DNA of 64,000 nucleotides from Eledone cirrhosa (taxonomy: Eukaryota). Position numbers and translations under genes: made by a program. Under the pieces are notes generated by a model that searched no databases, was not told where the DNA came from, and worked only from the letters and a program-made list of their open reading frames with translations. Location of the stretch: positions 49,476,001-49,540,000 of the forward strand of contig OZ024742.1 of NCBI GenBank assembly GCA_964016885.1, in the 5' to 3' direction. Below, piece by piece: positions 26,483 through 38,236 of the stretch; the stretch's first letter is position 1; every line of letters begins with the position of its first letter.

Positions 26483-26982
26483 GTGGATTCTATTTTTATT
26501 TCTATGCTCTCTAATCTACCCCTGTGTTCTATCTTAGCATGTTGGTAGAGCACAGATGATTCTTTATTATCTTGGAGGTCTCGCCAGTGTTCATTTATTC
26601 GTTCCCCTATACTACGAGCTGTCTCACCTATGTACACTATATTTTTGTTTCTACATTGTCCTTCAGTACATCTTATGCTATACACTACATTTCTAGTTTT
26701 ACAGTTAATATGGGGGCTTATTTTACAGGTTATACATTTTACAGGTTATACATATTAACTGTAAAACTAGAAATGTAGTGTATAGCATAAGATGTACTGA
26801 AGGACAATGTAGAAACAAAAATATAGTGTACATAGGTGAGACAGCTCGTAGTATAGGGGAACGAATAAATGAACACTGGCGAGACCTCCAAGATAATAAA
26901 GAATCATCTGTGCTCTACCAACATGCTAAGATAGAACACAGGGGTAGATTAGAGAGCATAGAAATAAAAATAGAATCCACGC
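26481..26982. repeat. 232-bp inverted repeat with a 38-bp spacer
   Basis: 26481-26712 is the reverse complement of 26751-26982; the ORF track shows the same peptide on both strands. Confidence 0.96.
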
Positions 26983-27591
26983 ACAGAAAAGACGCAATGT
27001 TTAGGCAAATTACAGAGGCAGTAAGCATAAAAGAATTAAAACCAAAATTAAATAGAAAATATGAGTGGAACAGCAACATCACAACTTACAATTAAGGACA
27101 AAATGAAAACACACACACACATAGAACAAACAACTTACAATTGAAAACACACACAAAATGAAAACACACAGGACAAAATGAAAACACACACACACATAGA
27201 ACAAACAACCAACCAACAATAAATAAATAAACAAATAGAAAAATGAACACAAACACACACAGACACCCGGATGTGACACATGCGCCAACTGAGCACACAA
27301 CACACACACAGAAACAAAATGGCGTAGGATAGAAGAAAGAAAAGGCACAGAAACGAAGAAAGGAATCCCCAGTCACTGAAGAGGTCACAGAGTGTGTGAC
27401 GAAAGGACTATGACTATATATATAAACAACTATCTGGTTGTGGAACCAACCAACCAACCAACCAGAAATTTATAATTTATAAGTTTGTAGATTTGTAAAT
27501 TTATGAATTTATAAATATATAATAAATTGAAGTGAAAGCAACTGGTGCGTGTGTTTCTTATTGGCAACATGACCCTCCCAAAGTATAACAA
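26751..27591 (+). mobile_element. 5'-truncated Penelope-like retroelement: GIY-YIG endonuclease C-terminal ORF and 3' UTR / pseudo-LTR
   Basis: NVVYSIRCTEGQC...VYIGETARSIGERINEH...SVLYQH...RQITEAVSIKELKPKLNRKYEW; the 3' region has CA-rich repeats and a hammerhead motif and ends at (TA)n. Confidence 0.9.
27371..27415 (+). ncRNA. Minimal type I hammerhead ribozyme candidate
   Basis: Stem I AGTCA/TGACT; core CTGAAGA plus one extra G; stem II GTCACA/TGTGAC; GAAA; very short stem III; CTA cleavage triplet at 27408-27410. Confidence 0.7.
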
Positions 27592-27623
27592 TATATATAT
27601 ATGCATGTATATATATATACATG

Positions 27624-27673
<50 letters not shown>
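27591..27673. repeat. (TA)n microsatellite
   Basis: Directly visible. Confidence 0.95.
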
Positions 27674-27676
<3 letters not shown>

Positions 27677-27954
27677 TCATGATCATTACTGTGATAGCCT
27701 TTCTAATCTTGTCTATTTTCTATGCCTAGATTGGTAAAACAGTTTGTCATATTCTGAGGCAAGACTACTCAGAAGATTTCGTCTCACTCACACTTTCCAT
27801 TCTTCCAGTATTGGATACCCTTCCCGAAGCTAGACAATTCATAGAATGTATCTAGAATATTTCATCGCAGCAGAAGGACTATCGCCTTTCAGAGATTGCT
27901 ATGTGCATATCATTATGTAAGCAACACTAGCAATTTTCAGTGTTGGGCTTGCTG

Positions 27955-28022
27955 CATATATGTATATATATACATATATATATATATATATTTATATATA
28001 GATATATATGTATGTATATATA

Positions 28023-28100
<78 letters not shown>

Positions 28101-28152
28101 GACGTATGCATATATATATATGTATATATATGTATATATATGTATGTATATA

Positions 28153-28183
<31 letters not shown>

Positions 28184-28273
28184 GAATATATATATATATG
28201 TATATATATATAGAAATCACATAACCATAAATAGTATCCTTAATACTATGTATATATATATGTATGTGTATAT

Positions 28274-28326
<53 letters not shown>

Positions 28327-28336
28327 GTATGTATGT

Positions 28337-28396
<60 letters not shown>

Positions 28397-28403
28397 GTAT
28401 ATA
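27955..28403. repeat. Long degenerate (TA)n/(TATG)n tract
   Basis: Directly visible; source of the YI-repeat ORFs. Confidence 0.95.
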
Positions 28404-28774
28404 CGCACACTTTGACCAGGTCGGTTGTTCTTTATTCTCTCTCATGTATGATTTCACAGAACTTATGTTCATCGATTTCAGGGACTTGACTCCTTCTTCC
28501 TCACTTTTCTTTGCATAACCATCTTTGATTGTTTACAGTCTCGCTCGTTCCCCTTATTTACGTGTCCCAACGACTTTCTTTAGCCGTTGCTCGCACCTAA
28601 TGGAGGTATATGGTCTTTAACGTGATGAAATACCAATGAAGGTTGGCAGATCACTGATGAAGGACTAAATTTATTCATATGTAACCCATTTGCAACCATG
28701 CAACACGCCATGTTTATATATATATATATATATAAAAGTATGTATACGTAGTATGTAGCCCATATAAGTATGTA

Positions 28775-29280
28775 CGTATACATACTTATATTTAAGTAAC
28801 AGCCGTATTAAGAGTGGCAAAGAGTGGGAAATGAAATTTCGTTTCATTTTTTCCGTTTATCGTTTTCAGTGCACCCGGCCGATTAACCCACTCGATATGC
28901 AAATTGGGCTACTCAGCCGTTAATATGCATAAGGAAAGTATATACTTTCGGACGTTCAACTCTCTGGCAGGAAGGTATACGTTGCTGACGATAGCTAACA
29001 ATCTTGAAACTAGTACAGCGTTCCTTTGTCAGTGTTGAACAAACGAGCAATTGTGGTTGCTAGACACTATGGCTTAATACGGGATGTTTGTTTACCAACA
29101 CACCGAGCATTATAATAAATGTTTGGTGAATCCATACGTACATATATATATGTGTGCACGTATGTATATATACATACTACTGTACGTCTGTATACATATA
29201 TGTATGCACGTATACATACTTATATTTAAGTAACAGCCGTATTAAGAGTGGGAAATGAAATTTCGTTTCATTATTTTCGT
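28775..29280. mobile_element. CpG-rich non-autonomous DNA element candidate (Helentron/HINE-like or MITE) with a partial tandem second copy
   Basis: Subterminal inverted repeat aacagccgtattaag (28798-28812) / cttaatacgggatgtt (29073-29088); 3' hairpin at 29101-29128; the first ~70 bp recur at 29209-29272. Confidence 0.45.
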
Positions 29281-29418
29281 ATATATATATATAGTAATAA
29301 TAATAAATTTGAAGACTAAAATCCAAAGAGAGCTCGATAAGTATAAATATATATCAGATATATAAGAACCGTAGAGCAAATATTTATTAAAATAACAGAT
29401 CTGTTATTTTAATAAATT

Positions 29419-29449
<31 letters not shown>

Positions 29450-29806
29450 ATATATATATATACGGAGATGAGTTGAATTTATTTGTATATGCTGATAGAA
29501 ATATATAAGCAGCATTGGGGATTTTGTCCCACACAAAATAGGATAAAACCAAAAACAATTCTGTATTTCCACCCACGTAGCAAGGTAGGTGAAGAAAATC
29601 TGGAAGATATAGCTATGTATCACAATAACAATAATTTACTTCACACACAGCTTCTCAAAATATCATATCCATATTTGTGATGAAACTCTAGTTTCTTGGT
29701 AGATTGGGGACTGGATCAAATTACCTGCCAACTGTATAGAGGACTGCATATGTGTGAGTGTGTGTACATATGTGTGCGTTTTTGTGTGTATATATGTGCA
29801 TGGGTC

Positions 29807-29845
<39 letters not shown>

Positions 29846-30249
29846 GTTTGTGTGTGTCTATGTAAGTGTGTCCGTGAGCGTGCATACACGCATACACAAG
29901 TATGTGTACACACATATCTGTCTATATAGGTTTTTGCCTATATATTTATTTTCTAAGCATTGTAGGTTTATACGTGCTGAACTGACTGTATCTGCATCTG
30001 TCTATGTTGCAAGGTGCCTGCACATGTCTGAATTCCTCTGACTTTTGTGTATGTGTATGTATGTCTATCTATATATAATCTTGAATACTTCCTGTCAACA
30101 TATAAGAGGGTTGAAAGTAGTGTAAGAGGAAGAGTGGTTAGACATTTCATTATTGGTGTTTCCTTTTCCTAAATTTTCCACTTCTTTTTAACTATAATAT
30201 TGTAATTTATTTTTATTATTATACTAAATAATGCAGTAGATGGCAAGAA

Positions 30250-31210
30250 AACAAAACTTGCGTTATATAGAAGGTTAGTAAAAGGTATGACCAACAATGA
30301 CCTGAGATTGGTTCTTTGCATCGAGGACTGTCTGAACAGACACTTCCCAAGGAATTTCAGTTCAAGCATTATGGACAATTTCCAAAAGTCCTTGGCATGG
30401 CTGTGCTACAAAGGGGGTCTACCAGTCCAAAACAAACTCTACATGCATGGAAGGGCCATCAGCCAGACCTATTTGAGATTACCCGCAGGGTGTGGCAACT
30501 ATCCTGCTTGCTATCACCCAGTGTCTATGCATCACAGAAGTTTGAGCTTGTGTCAACCAACTGCTATCATGTGTAGGAGAGTTCTGGCTATCAGCCAGGT
30601 CTATAGTGACAATTGAACTTCCACATTCTTTTAGAAACGAGGCATGGCAAATCCTCCTCTGCCTGGTAGTTATGGGGAAAGAATCTGTATGATAAACATG
30701 CCTAAAAGGATTCAGGACAGGATTCTACCTCTCTGGTCAAGCCCCTACCAACATCTTCAAGATTCACTTGAGGAGGAAGGTGAAGGTAGAGAGAGAGGTG
30801 CAGCCTTCCAGTATGTTTTATGAAAGGTGAGTGAGAGCAGCAGGAATAATGAAGTTGAATAGGTCTACTCTGACAATGATTTTCTAAGCAGGAGGAAGGA
30901 AACTGGGAGAGAGCACTTTTAATGCTCATGAGACAACAGAGTAACCCAGGTTTTTGTGTGGGGTTCTCCCTGGAAATAGTTTAAAGTGTACTTCCCCCAA
31001 CATTGGGGAACTGGTACTTGTTGACATTTGTTTTTGTTATTGTTTTGTAATGTTATATGTATTTATTATACAATCCATTATTGTTATCACGATTGTTTCT
31101 ATTGTTGTGATGTCTCCTTTTCTTCATTTAATGTAAAGCCACACCCTGTTGTATTTCTTTTGTCCTTGTATTGTCCCCAATGTCTTGGACCCTTGTATCT
31201 AATAAAATAA
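30250..31210 (+). mobile_element. Degraded L1/Tx1-type LINE 3' end (zf-RVT-like region and 3' UTR)
   Basis: MDNFQKSLAWLCYKGGLPVQNKLYMHG followed, after a frameshift, by TILLAITQC, resembling the W...LP..L...C..C...ET..H....C motif; T-rich 3' UTR ending in AATAAA at 31201. Confidence 0.75.
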
Positions 31211-31749
31211 ACTAGAGAGAAAGAGAAAGAATGTAGCTGATAGTATACTGCTCAGCTAGAATGGCATCAATTGGTGCCATAGCTGTAAATGTTTTGAATG
31301 AGGCATGCACACAGCTGTTGTGTGTGTATCTTGCTTTGTTATTTTTCCTATCTTGATGATACAACGATCTCATCCAGTGAAACATTACCTCTATGCTTAA
31401 GCTGTGACACAGCAACTTCATGTTTTGTATACATACATTTTTTAACTGGTTGTTTTGTATACATACATTTTTTAAAGATATTACAGATAACTCTTTTATT
31501 ACCATATTTCAGCTTATGTATTTCAATGAATTTGGAATAATTTAATATAGTTATAAAAGGCCAATAAGTTTCAAAAAGTTGGTACAATGCGGTAGAAATA
31601 TATAAAGAGCAAAGTATGACATATAAACCAAAGCAGAGAATTGTTTTAGCCAGTAAATTTCAACTTGATAGTTCAGAGCTATTTATTACTCACTTTGCAA
31701 ATGGGAAGTAGAAATGGTTCAAAACAAAAATGAACAATCGATGTGTTCT

Positions 31750-32420
31750 TCCTTAACTGGTCTACATGCTTGAAATGTGCATGTATGAAGTAGTTATAGT
31801 AGCAATCCATAAAGAAGGCTCACTCAGCACCTTCATTTAAATCTGATGGAGCTCATCCTTCTCCAAACTGCTCCAAACACACCAACCTACATATGTGCTC
31901 ATTTTATAATTATCCCATCAACAATACAGAAGTGTGCACGAGAGAATAAGTGACCTGCCAGGTCACATTAAAAAATGTATATTGGAAGTACTTTCTGGAT
32001 GTACACGATCATGGTGCATATGAGGACAAAAGCTTCTGTTAAAAACTGTCATGACAGATGCCACAGACAAAAATTTAGGGTCACCTTAGAGGCAACAGAA
32101 TAGAATGGCGGCAATTTAAGAATCAAAGAGGTTAATATCATCAACCAGTCAAAAAAAAAACACAGATAATAATAGATTGAAAATGCACGAATCAGATTGA
32201 CTGCTATAAGAACTTCCTGTATGCATATTTCAGACAGGTAGGCCAGTTGTGGAGGAACACTTTGATTGTTCATTTTTGTTTTTAACTGTTTCTGCTGCAC
32301 ATTTGGAAAGAGGGCCCTGAAATATCATGTTGAAATATACTGGGTAAACATTACTTTGTTTTGTTTTATTTGTCATCCTTTGCCCTTTATATAAATTTTT
32401 ATTGCATTGTACCGACCTTT
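31750..32420 (+). mobile_element. Degraded Penelope-like element, second family (GIY-YIG region and 3' UTR)
   Basis: Broken frames read AIHKEG, CSFYNYPINNTEVCTR..VTCQVT, MYIGST (31976-31993) and NLRIKEVNIINQ; a hammerhead-like remnant follows at 32315-32344. Confidence 0.7.
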
Positions 32421-32735
32421 TGAAATTTATCAGTCTATTATTACATATCTCACAAGAATTTGTATTAACTATATTACTTTAATATAGTTACTTTTTCGTT
32501 AAACTTATGTTTGGAATATTACTTTATAAACATATGTGAAATAAAATTATGAAGGATAGTTCTTATATTAAGTTTGGTTTCAGGAGGGTTGGTATCAAAA
32601 GGGTTAATGTTACTGGTGATGATGATGATGGTGGAGGCATTGTTTACTTAAAAGCATACAAGGCTAGACAATTTGGAAGAGAGGCTAGTAGATAATATTG
32701 ACCCCCAATAGATGAGTGCTAATGATAATAGTAAT

Positions 32736-32950
32736 GGTTTCGTATATAAGCACAAGGCCAGCAATTTTTGGGGAGGGGAAAGTCGATTAAATCGACACCC
32801 AGTGCGTGACTGGTACTTTATTTTATCGACCTCGTAAAGATGAAAGGCAAAGTTAACCTCGGCGGGATTTGAACTCAGATAATAAAGAGCCATAACTCTA
32901 TGCTGCAAAGCATGGTGTCCGACCCTCTACCGATACTACCAATCCACCAC
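32736..32950 (-). mobile_element. Full-length SINE, family B (long variant)
   Basis: tRNA-like head and GCCTTTCATCTTTACGAGGTCGATAAAATAAAGTACCAG body; flanked by an 18-bp direct repeat gctaatgataatagtaat (32718-32735, 32955-32972). Confidence 0.92.
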
Positions 32951-34884
32951 GAGAGCTAATGATAATAGTAATAATAATTGGTTATATGTATAGGCCCTTA
33001 ACTCCTGCAAGACTTGTAGGGATTCAGTCATGATATTTGGCATGACTAGGGTCTTTTAAACCTGGTGGAGCCTAACCTTCACGAAACTCTAACACAGCCA
33101 ATGTATTCCAGAGAAAGAAAAAGACCCAAAGGGTGAAAAGGATGAAGAGAAATAAGAAAATTGATCCCAGTACTTAACCTGAGAAAATCAAAAGCAAAGT
33201 TAACCTTGGCAGGGTTTGAACTGAGAGGGAAGTAAGTGGGAACAAATACTTAGGTATTTTTAATTCAACCATCTAAAGACTCTACCAAGCCATCATTTTG
33301 ATATATATATATATGTGTGTGTAAAGAGAGAGAGATAAGTACAATAGTAGAGAGAGAATAGAATAGTGTATCCACTTCACTGTCAAAATATGAATGTTAG
33401 ATAGTCATGTTAAACTTTCCTACCTACTTACATATAATTCAATTATCATTACTTTATTTTTCAAAATGCTCTGGTTTCCCCATATGATTGTAATAGTACA
33501 TTTTAGTGCTGAGCAAATTATACTTTCAGAATAATATGTCGGAAAATATTCAGCTTCGTGCCAATTTTTGAAGGAGATTTGTACATATACAATTCCATTC
33601 CTTCTTCATTTCTTACATGACAGTCTCAATTAGGATAAGTTAGGAGAACTATGCAGAGGTTAGCTAACTAGCCAAGTAGCAAATTATCCATTCAGTGTAA
33701 TGACAAAGAAGGCGCTCATTTCTTAACATGGTTGCCATAATCTATTGCTGAATAATCAGTGAAGTGTTATTTATTACTTCCCCTTTTGTAGTAATGTTCA
33801 CCAGTCATTCAGTGTACAGCTTTCCTTCGTGTATAGGTCATTAAATGATTGTGTGTATCTTGTATAAGAATATTTTGAGTTGTAGCTTAGAATACAGCTA
33901 GAGTTATTTTCATTTGGCTCTTCATTTATATTTTCACATCTTGAATTCATCAGTTTTGCTTAAATGATGACATTTGGTTGGTAGTCAATATTAGTTATGA
34001 TAACATTCTACAACATAGCAATATTGTTCAGTTACTTTTTTTAATATGATTTAGTGATATCTGGTTTTGGCACTTCTGTATGTGTGGTTCAATTTCTACA
34101 CACACAGACATATCCACAATGATCTCTGCATGCTACTATATATTTTTGTCTCTACGGGCACACTCACACAACACACACTTTCTTTAATCTGTAATATGAG
34201 TGATGAACTTTGAGCTAGAATATTCATCTAACTTTTTAATATCAATATATTTAAAGAATCGACTGGTTTATATATATATATATATAGATATACATACATA
34301 TATATATATGCATATATATATGTATATATGTATATATATATATATATATATGCACATACATTTTTATATGTAAATCTATCTAACTCGAATAGGCACCAAT
34401 GCATGAAAAGTTTCGATGCACCATGATATTTTTGTAAAGATTAGTATTTAGATATATCTGCATGTATGTGTTTATGGCTCCGTATATAATATGCTACTGC
34501 ATATATATCAATCATAATAAGCAGTTAAATATGTATCTTGGAGTAATGTGAAATGCACAAGGAAGTTAATATGTATTTCTTCCTATATTCATGAGATAAT
34601 CTATCTTTCTAAATTGATACATTTTTCTAGATATATCCACATGACTAAATCAACTTCTAAAATTCCATAGCCAAATAAACCCCAGTATGAGTAATTCCTT
34701 TCTGCTGGTTTCAGAAAATAGATGCTTTTTGTTCACTTCAATTGGCATTGTTTACATTGAGAGGTGATCTTATACATATATGTGTGTGTATATATATATA
34801 TCATCATATGATGATCATCATCATCATTTAACATCCATTTTCCAAGCTCGACCATTTATAAATATGTATACATATATATATATA

Positions 34885-35279
34885 TCATCATCATCATCAT
34901 CATTATCATTTTACGTCCGCTTTTCCCTGCTTGCAAGGGTGGGATGGGAACTGATTCTGACTTGATTTCTACAGCTGGATGCCCTTCCTAACACCAACCT
35001 CATTTACAGTGAGTGCTGGGTGTTTTTTTTCCGTGGCACCTACACGTCCACTTTACAGTGTGGGCTGGGTGCTTTTTTGCCGTGGCACCTCCACGACCAC
35101 TTTGCAGTGAAATGATAGGGAACCCAGTCATATCATCTCGTTTCGACAGCTGAGTAAACTGGAGCAATGTGAAATAAAGTGTCTTGCTCAAGGAAACAAC
35201 ACATCACCCGGTCCGACAATTGAACTCACAAGCTTTCGATTGCAAACCCAATGCTCTAACCACTAAGCCATGCGCCTTC
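34885..35279 (-). mobile_element. Full-length SINE, family A, with one extra ~45-bp internal unit
   Basis: Matches 13403-13736 plus an additional gtgggctgggtgcttttttgccgtggcacc unit. Confidence 0.92.
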
Positions 35280-35699
35280 ATTAGCAGTAAATGCTTACAG
35301 CAAAATTGGCAACATTAAGGAGGGGACAAAGGAAAGCAATGCATACATGAATCAACGAAACTGGAACACTGACTAATTGAAGTCCATGCTATCAGGGTGG
35401 CCTGTATCTGAAGGCTACCCCACAAACAACCTAATAACAGAGACCCTGACACTAATAGAGTGTAAAAAGAATGAATTCATTCTTGTTTATATTCACGTCA
35501 ATCCACATATGCAATTACTGAATAGTATCCTTAATAAGGAAGAACGCAAGGAAAGGAATACCAGTAACAAAGGGCCCAGGTCTCCCACATAATTTCAGAA
35601 AGATCACATCACTGATGTGAGTAAGAAACTCAGCAATATTGACAATGCTACTATTAAAGACAAATGTGAAGCCAAAGGATCCAAACTAAATGAATGAAG

Positions 35700-36400
35700 T
35701 AAAACATGACAAAGAATGAATGAGGAGCCACCAGGTAAAGTCCCCCAAAACATGAAAGAAAGAGGCAGACAGATAAAGGCTTGTGGTTAGAAGTAACAAC
35801 AGAGAAAATTAGAACTATGAGAAACAGACACAAGAAAAATGAAAGCCCAAGTAATCTGTAAATTCTTCAGGAATGGGACCTGCTGGCATGGAGAAACTGG
35901 GACAGGCTGCAGATTCACTCATTACAGAATGCATGTGATTTATGCCCCACCTGCTCGTCCCAAATACTCCAGGATATACAACACAACCCATAGTTAAGAA
36001 ATATGCACATGTTGTACATGCTGTAGCAGCAATACAACAATTTTTTTAAGTATAGCACAAATGTTCATAAGATAATTGACTTGGCTGAATCAGATACTGA
36101 ATAAAGACCACAAACAAAAAATCCCAGTGTGGCTACGACTGAAACTCATCAAAATATCACATCAGCAGCTCCTGCTGACATCTCAAATGTCACATGAGTA
36201 CTACTAAATGTCAGAGACCTGTTAAAACTTACAAGCATGAGTAAAATCCCCTACATAAATGACCTAGCTATATGGAATCTAATAATATACATGGAACTTA
36301 CTGAAACACATCTAATAGCTAACAGAGCATATGTAGAAATACCAATACCAAAGTATATTTTATTTCATACTGACAGGAAAGAAAGAATTTTTGGTGTGAA
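35700..36400 (+). mobile_element. Degraded LINE 5' portion: CCCH zinc-finger ORF1 remnant and AP-endonuclease N-terminus
   Basis: VICKFFRNGTCWHGETGTGCRFTH at 35851-35922; LLNVRDL...SKIPYI...LTETHL...EIPIPKYILFHTDRKER at 36201-36385. Confidence 0.75.
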
Positions 36401-37344
36401 CATTTCTTCTGCAGCATGGATAAATAGATGCTAAGCTGTTGTTTAATGTGAATTGGAAACAGAAATTGAAAGCTTACTAAAAGAGCTTAATTTCCATACA
36501 CTAAGATCTCATAGCTATTTCGACGATCTAAATTCTATGATTAATTATAAATTTCCTCATCTTATATTGATAGATAGCTGACATTATTAAACAAAATCCA
36601 TAAAAAATACATTAGTATCAATGAATTCATTATGTGCAGTCTCGTAGTCCAGCACACATAAGATGCTACATGTAAAACTGTTAAATGTAAATATAGCTAA
36701 AAATATAACTTGATCAATATTGAGAATATGTATGTATAACAGCAATAAAAAAAAGCCATATTTTGTATGGATATATACACTGAATTGAAATTAAATAAAT
36801 ATATTGAGAACATTCTAAGAATCTAGAATAGAAACTAGACACTTATGGCTGCATTTATTTCTTCTAATTAGTATTCAGAATTTGAATACATTACCTACGG
36901 TTGTGCAGAAAATGGCATGGATATATTAAATGTAGAGAAAACTTTATTGCATGTGTAGTTTTATAACCTGCTCTGTGATTTGAGACACAATATTCTTATA
37001 TAGTAACTGTGCAATGATTCTGTAGTCAATTTACATATTCATTATTAATGTATATCTTTATAGATAATTTTACTGTCATATATATACTGTAAATGTGGCA
37101 TCCAGCTGTTAAATACCCAGCCAAATTTACAGTCCTTGCTGGAGCATGGCGCAACATGGCCAACTATGGCCAGACTTGCCTATCAGCATGGATGACTGTT
37201 CTAACCCATGCAAGCATGGAAGAATTGATGCTAAACGGAAATGATGACATATATAATTATACTTTGGGAGGGTCATGCTGTCAATAAAAACAACAATATA
37301 TATGACTGACTGAATATGCAAAAATAAGATGGTATAAGACAGAA

Positions 37345-37518
37345 CAAAGGAGAGAGAAAAAATAAGAAATCAGTCATTGGCCAGGTCACAGAATGTGTGA
37401 TGAAATAGTTTTGACAATATATAAACAACCATCTGGTTATTGAACCAACCAACCGGAAATTTATAATAAATTTAAATAAGAACCAACAGGTGCATGTGTT
37501 TTTATTGGCAGCATGACC
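37345..37518 (+). mobile_element. Solo degraded copy of the Penelope-like 3' end at 27340-27575
   Basis: cagtca...aggtcacagaatgtgtgatgaaa...atataaacaac.atctggtt...aaccaacc...ggtgc.tgtgtt..ttattggca.catgacc, collinear with the first copy; followed by (TA)n. Confidence 0.8.
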
Positions 37519-37552
37519 ATATATATATATATAAATATATATATATATAAAT

Positions 37553-37583
<31 letters not shown>

Positions 37584-37602
37584 AATATATATATATATAA
37601 AT

Positions 37603-37677
<75 letters not shown>
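37519..37677. repeat. (TA)n tract with periodic TAAA interruptions
   Basis: Directly visible. Confidence 0.95.
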
Positions 37678-37787
37678 CAGTATTTTCCGTAGATTTTTTG
37701 TAGATAACAGCTGTTTTAGGTTATGTAACTGTTATAGAAACACGTGTCAATAGATTCCTTTCAACTAAACTGTATCCATTCAAATCT

Positions 37788-37836
<49 letters not shown>

Positions 37837-37870
37837 CATACACAAAACACACACACACTTATATATATAT

Positions 37871-38236
37871 GATGGCTGCCCCCTTGTTATCGAGTATGGC
37901 CATTGCACGATATACCATTATTAATAATTATTAATTAATTCTATCGTGCAATGCCGTTACTTTTGGAAGACATCTTCCAAAAGTAACGGTCGCATTTTGA
38001 AAGGGTATGTCAATGTTTATTTATAAAACTGGTATATATTGTATTTTGTCTGATGAAGGCATACCATAATTTAACTTGGTATCCTTGAAATATGTATAAT
38101 GAAATAAATATGGTTTTATAAATATAGTTTCCATTTGTTAATATCGTATATCTACTCCAAATACTTGTCGAGTGCTTTATATCAGTTATAAAAATATTTG
38201 CTTGTTGTATCCCAACAATTTAAATAGAACTTTTGC
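37871..38236 (+). mobile_element. Small ORF-less element between (TA)n tracts, with two adjacent hairpins and a hammerhead-like motif
   Basis: Hairpins at 37901-37953 (12-bp arms) and 37954-37989 (17-bp arms); CTGATGA...GAAA motif at 38044-38104. Confidence 0.55.
38044..38104 (+). ncRNA. Minimal hammerhead ribozyme-like motif (possibly decayed)
   Basis: Stem I TTTTGT/ATGAAA (two G.U pairs), CTGATGA, stem II AGG(C)ATACCA/TGGTATCCT, GAAA, near-palindromic stem III ATATGTAT, ATA triplet. Confidence 0.55.

Noticed and set aside
26275-26685. Minus-strand GIY-YIG ORF as a second gene or fusion
   Set aside because: It is the inverted arm reading into antisense RTE sequence.
28654-28700. CTGATGA hammerhead core
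   Set aside because: No stem II or correctly placed GAAA follows.
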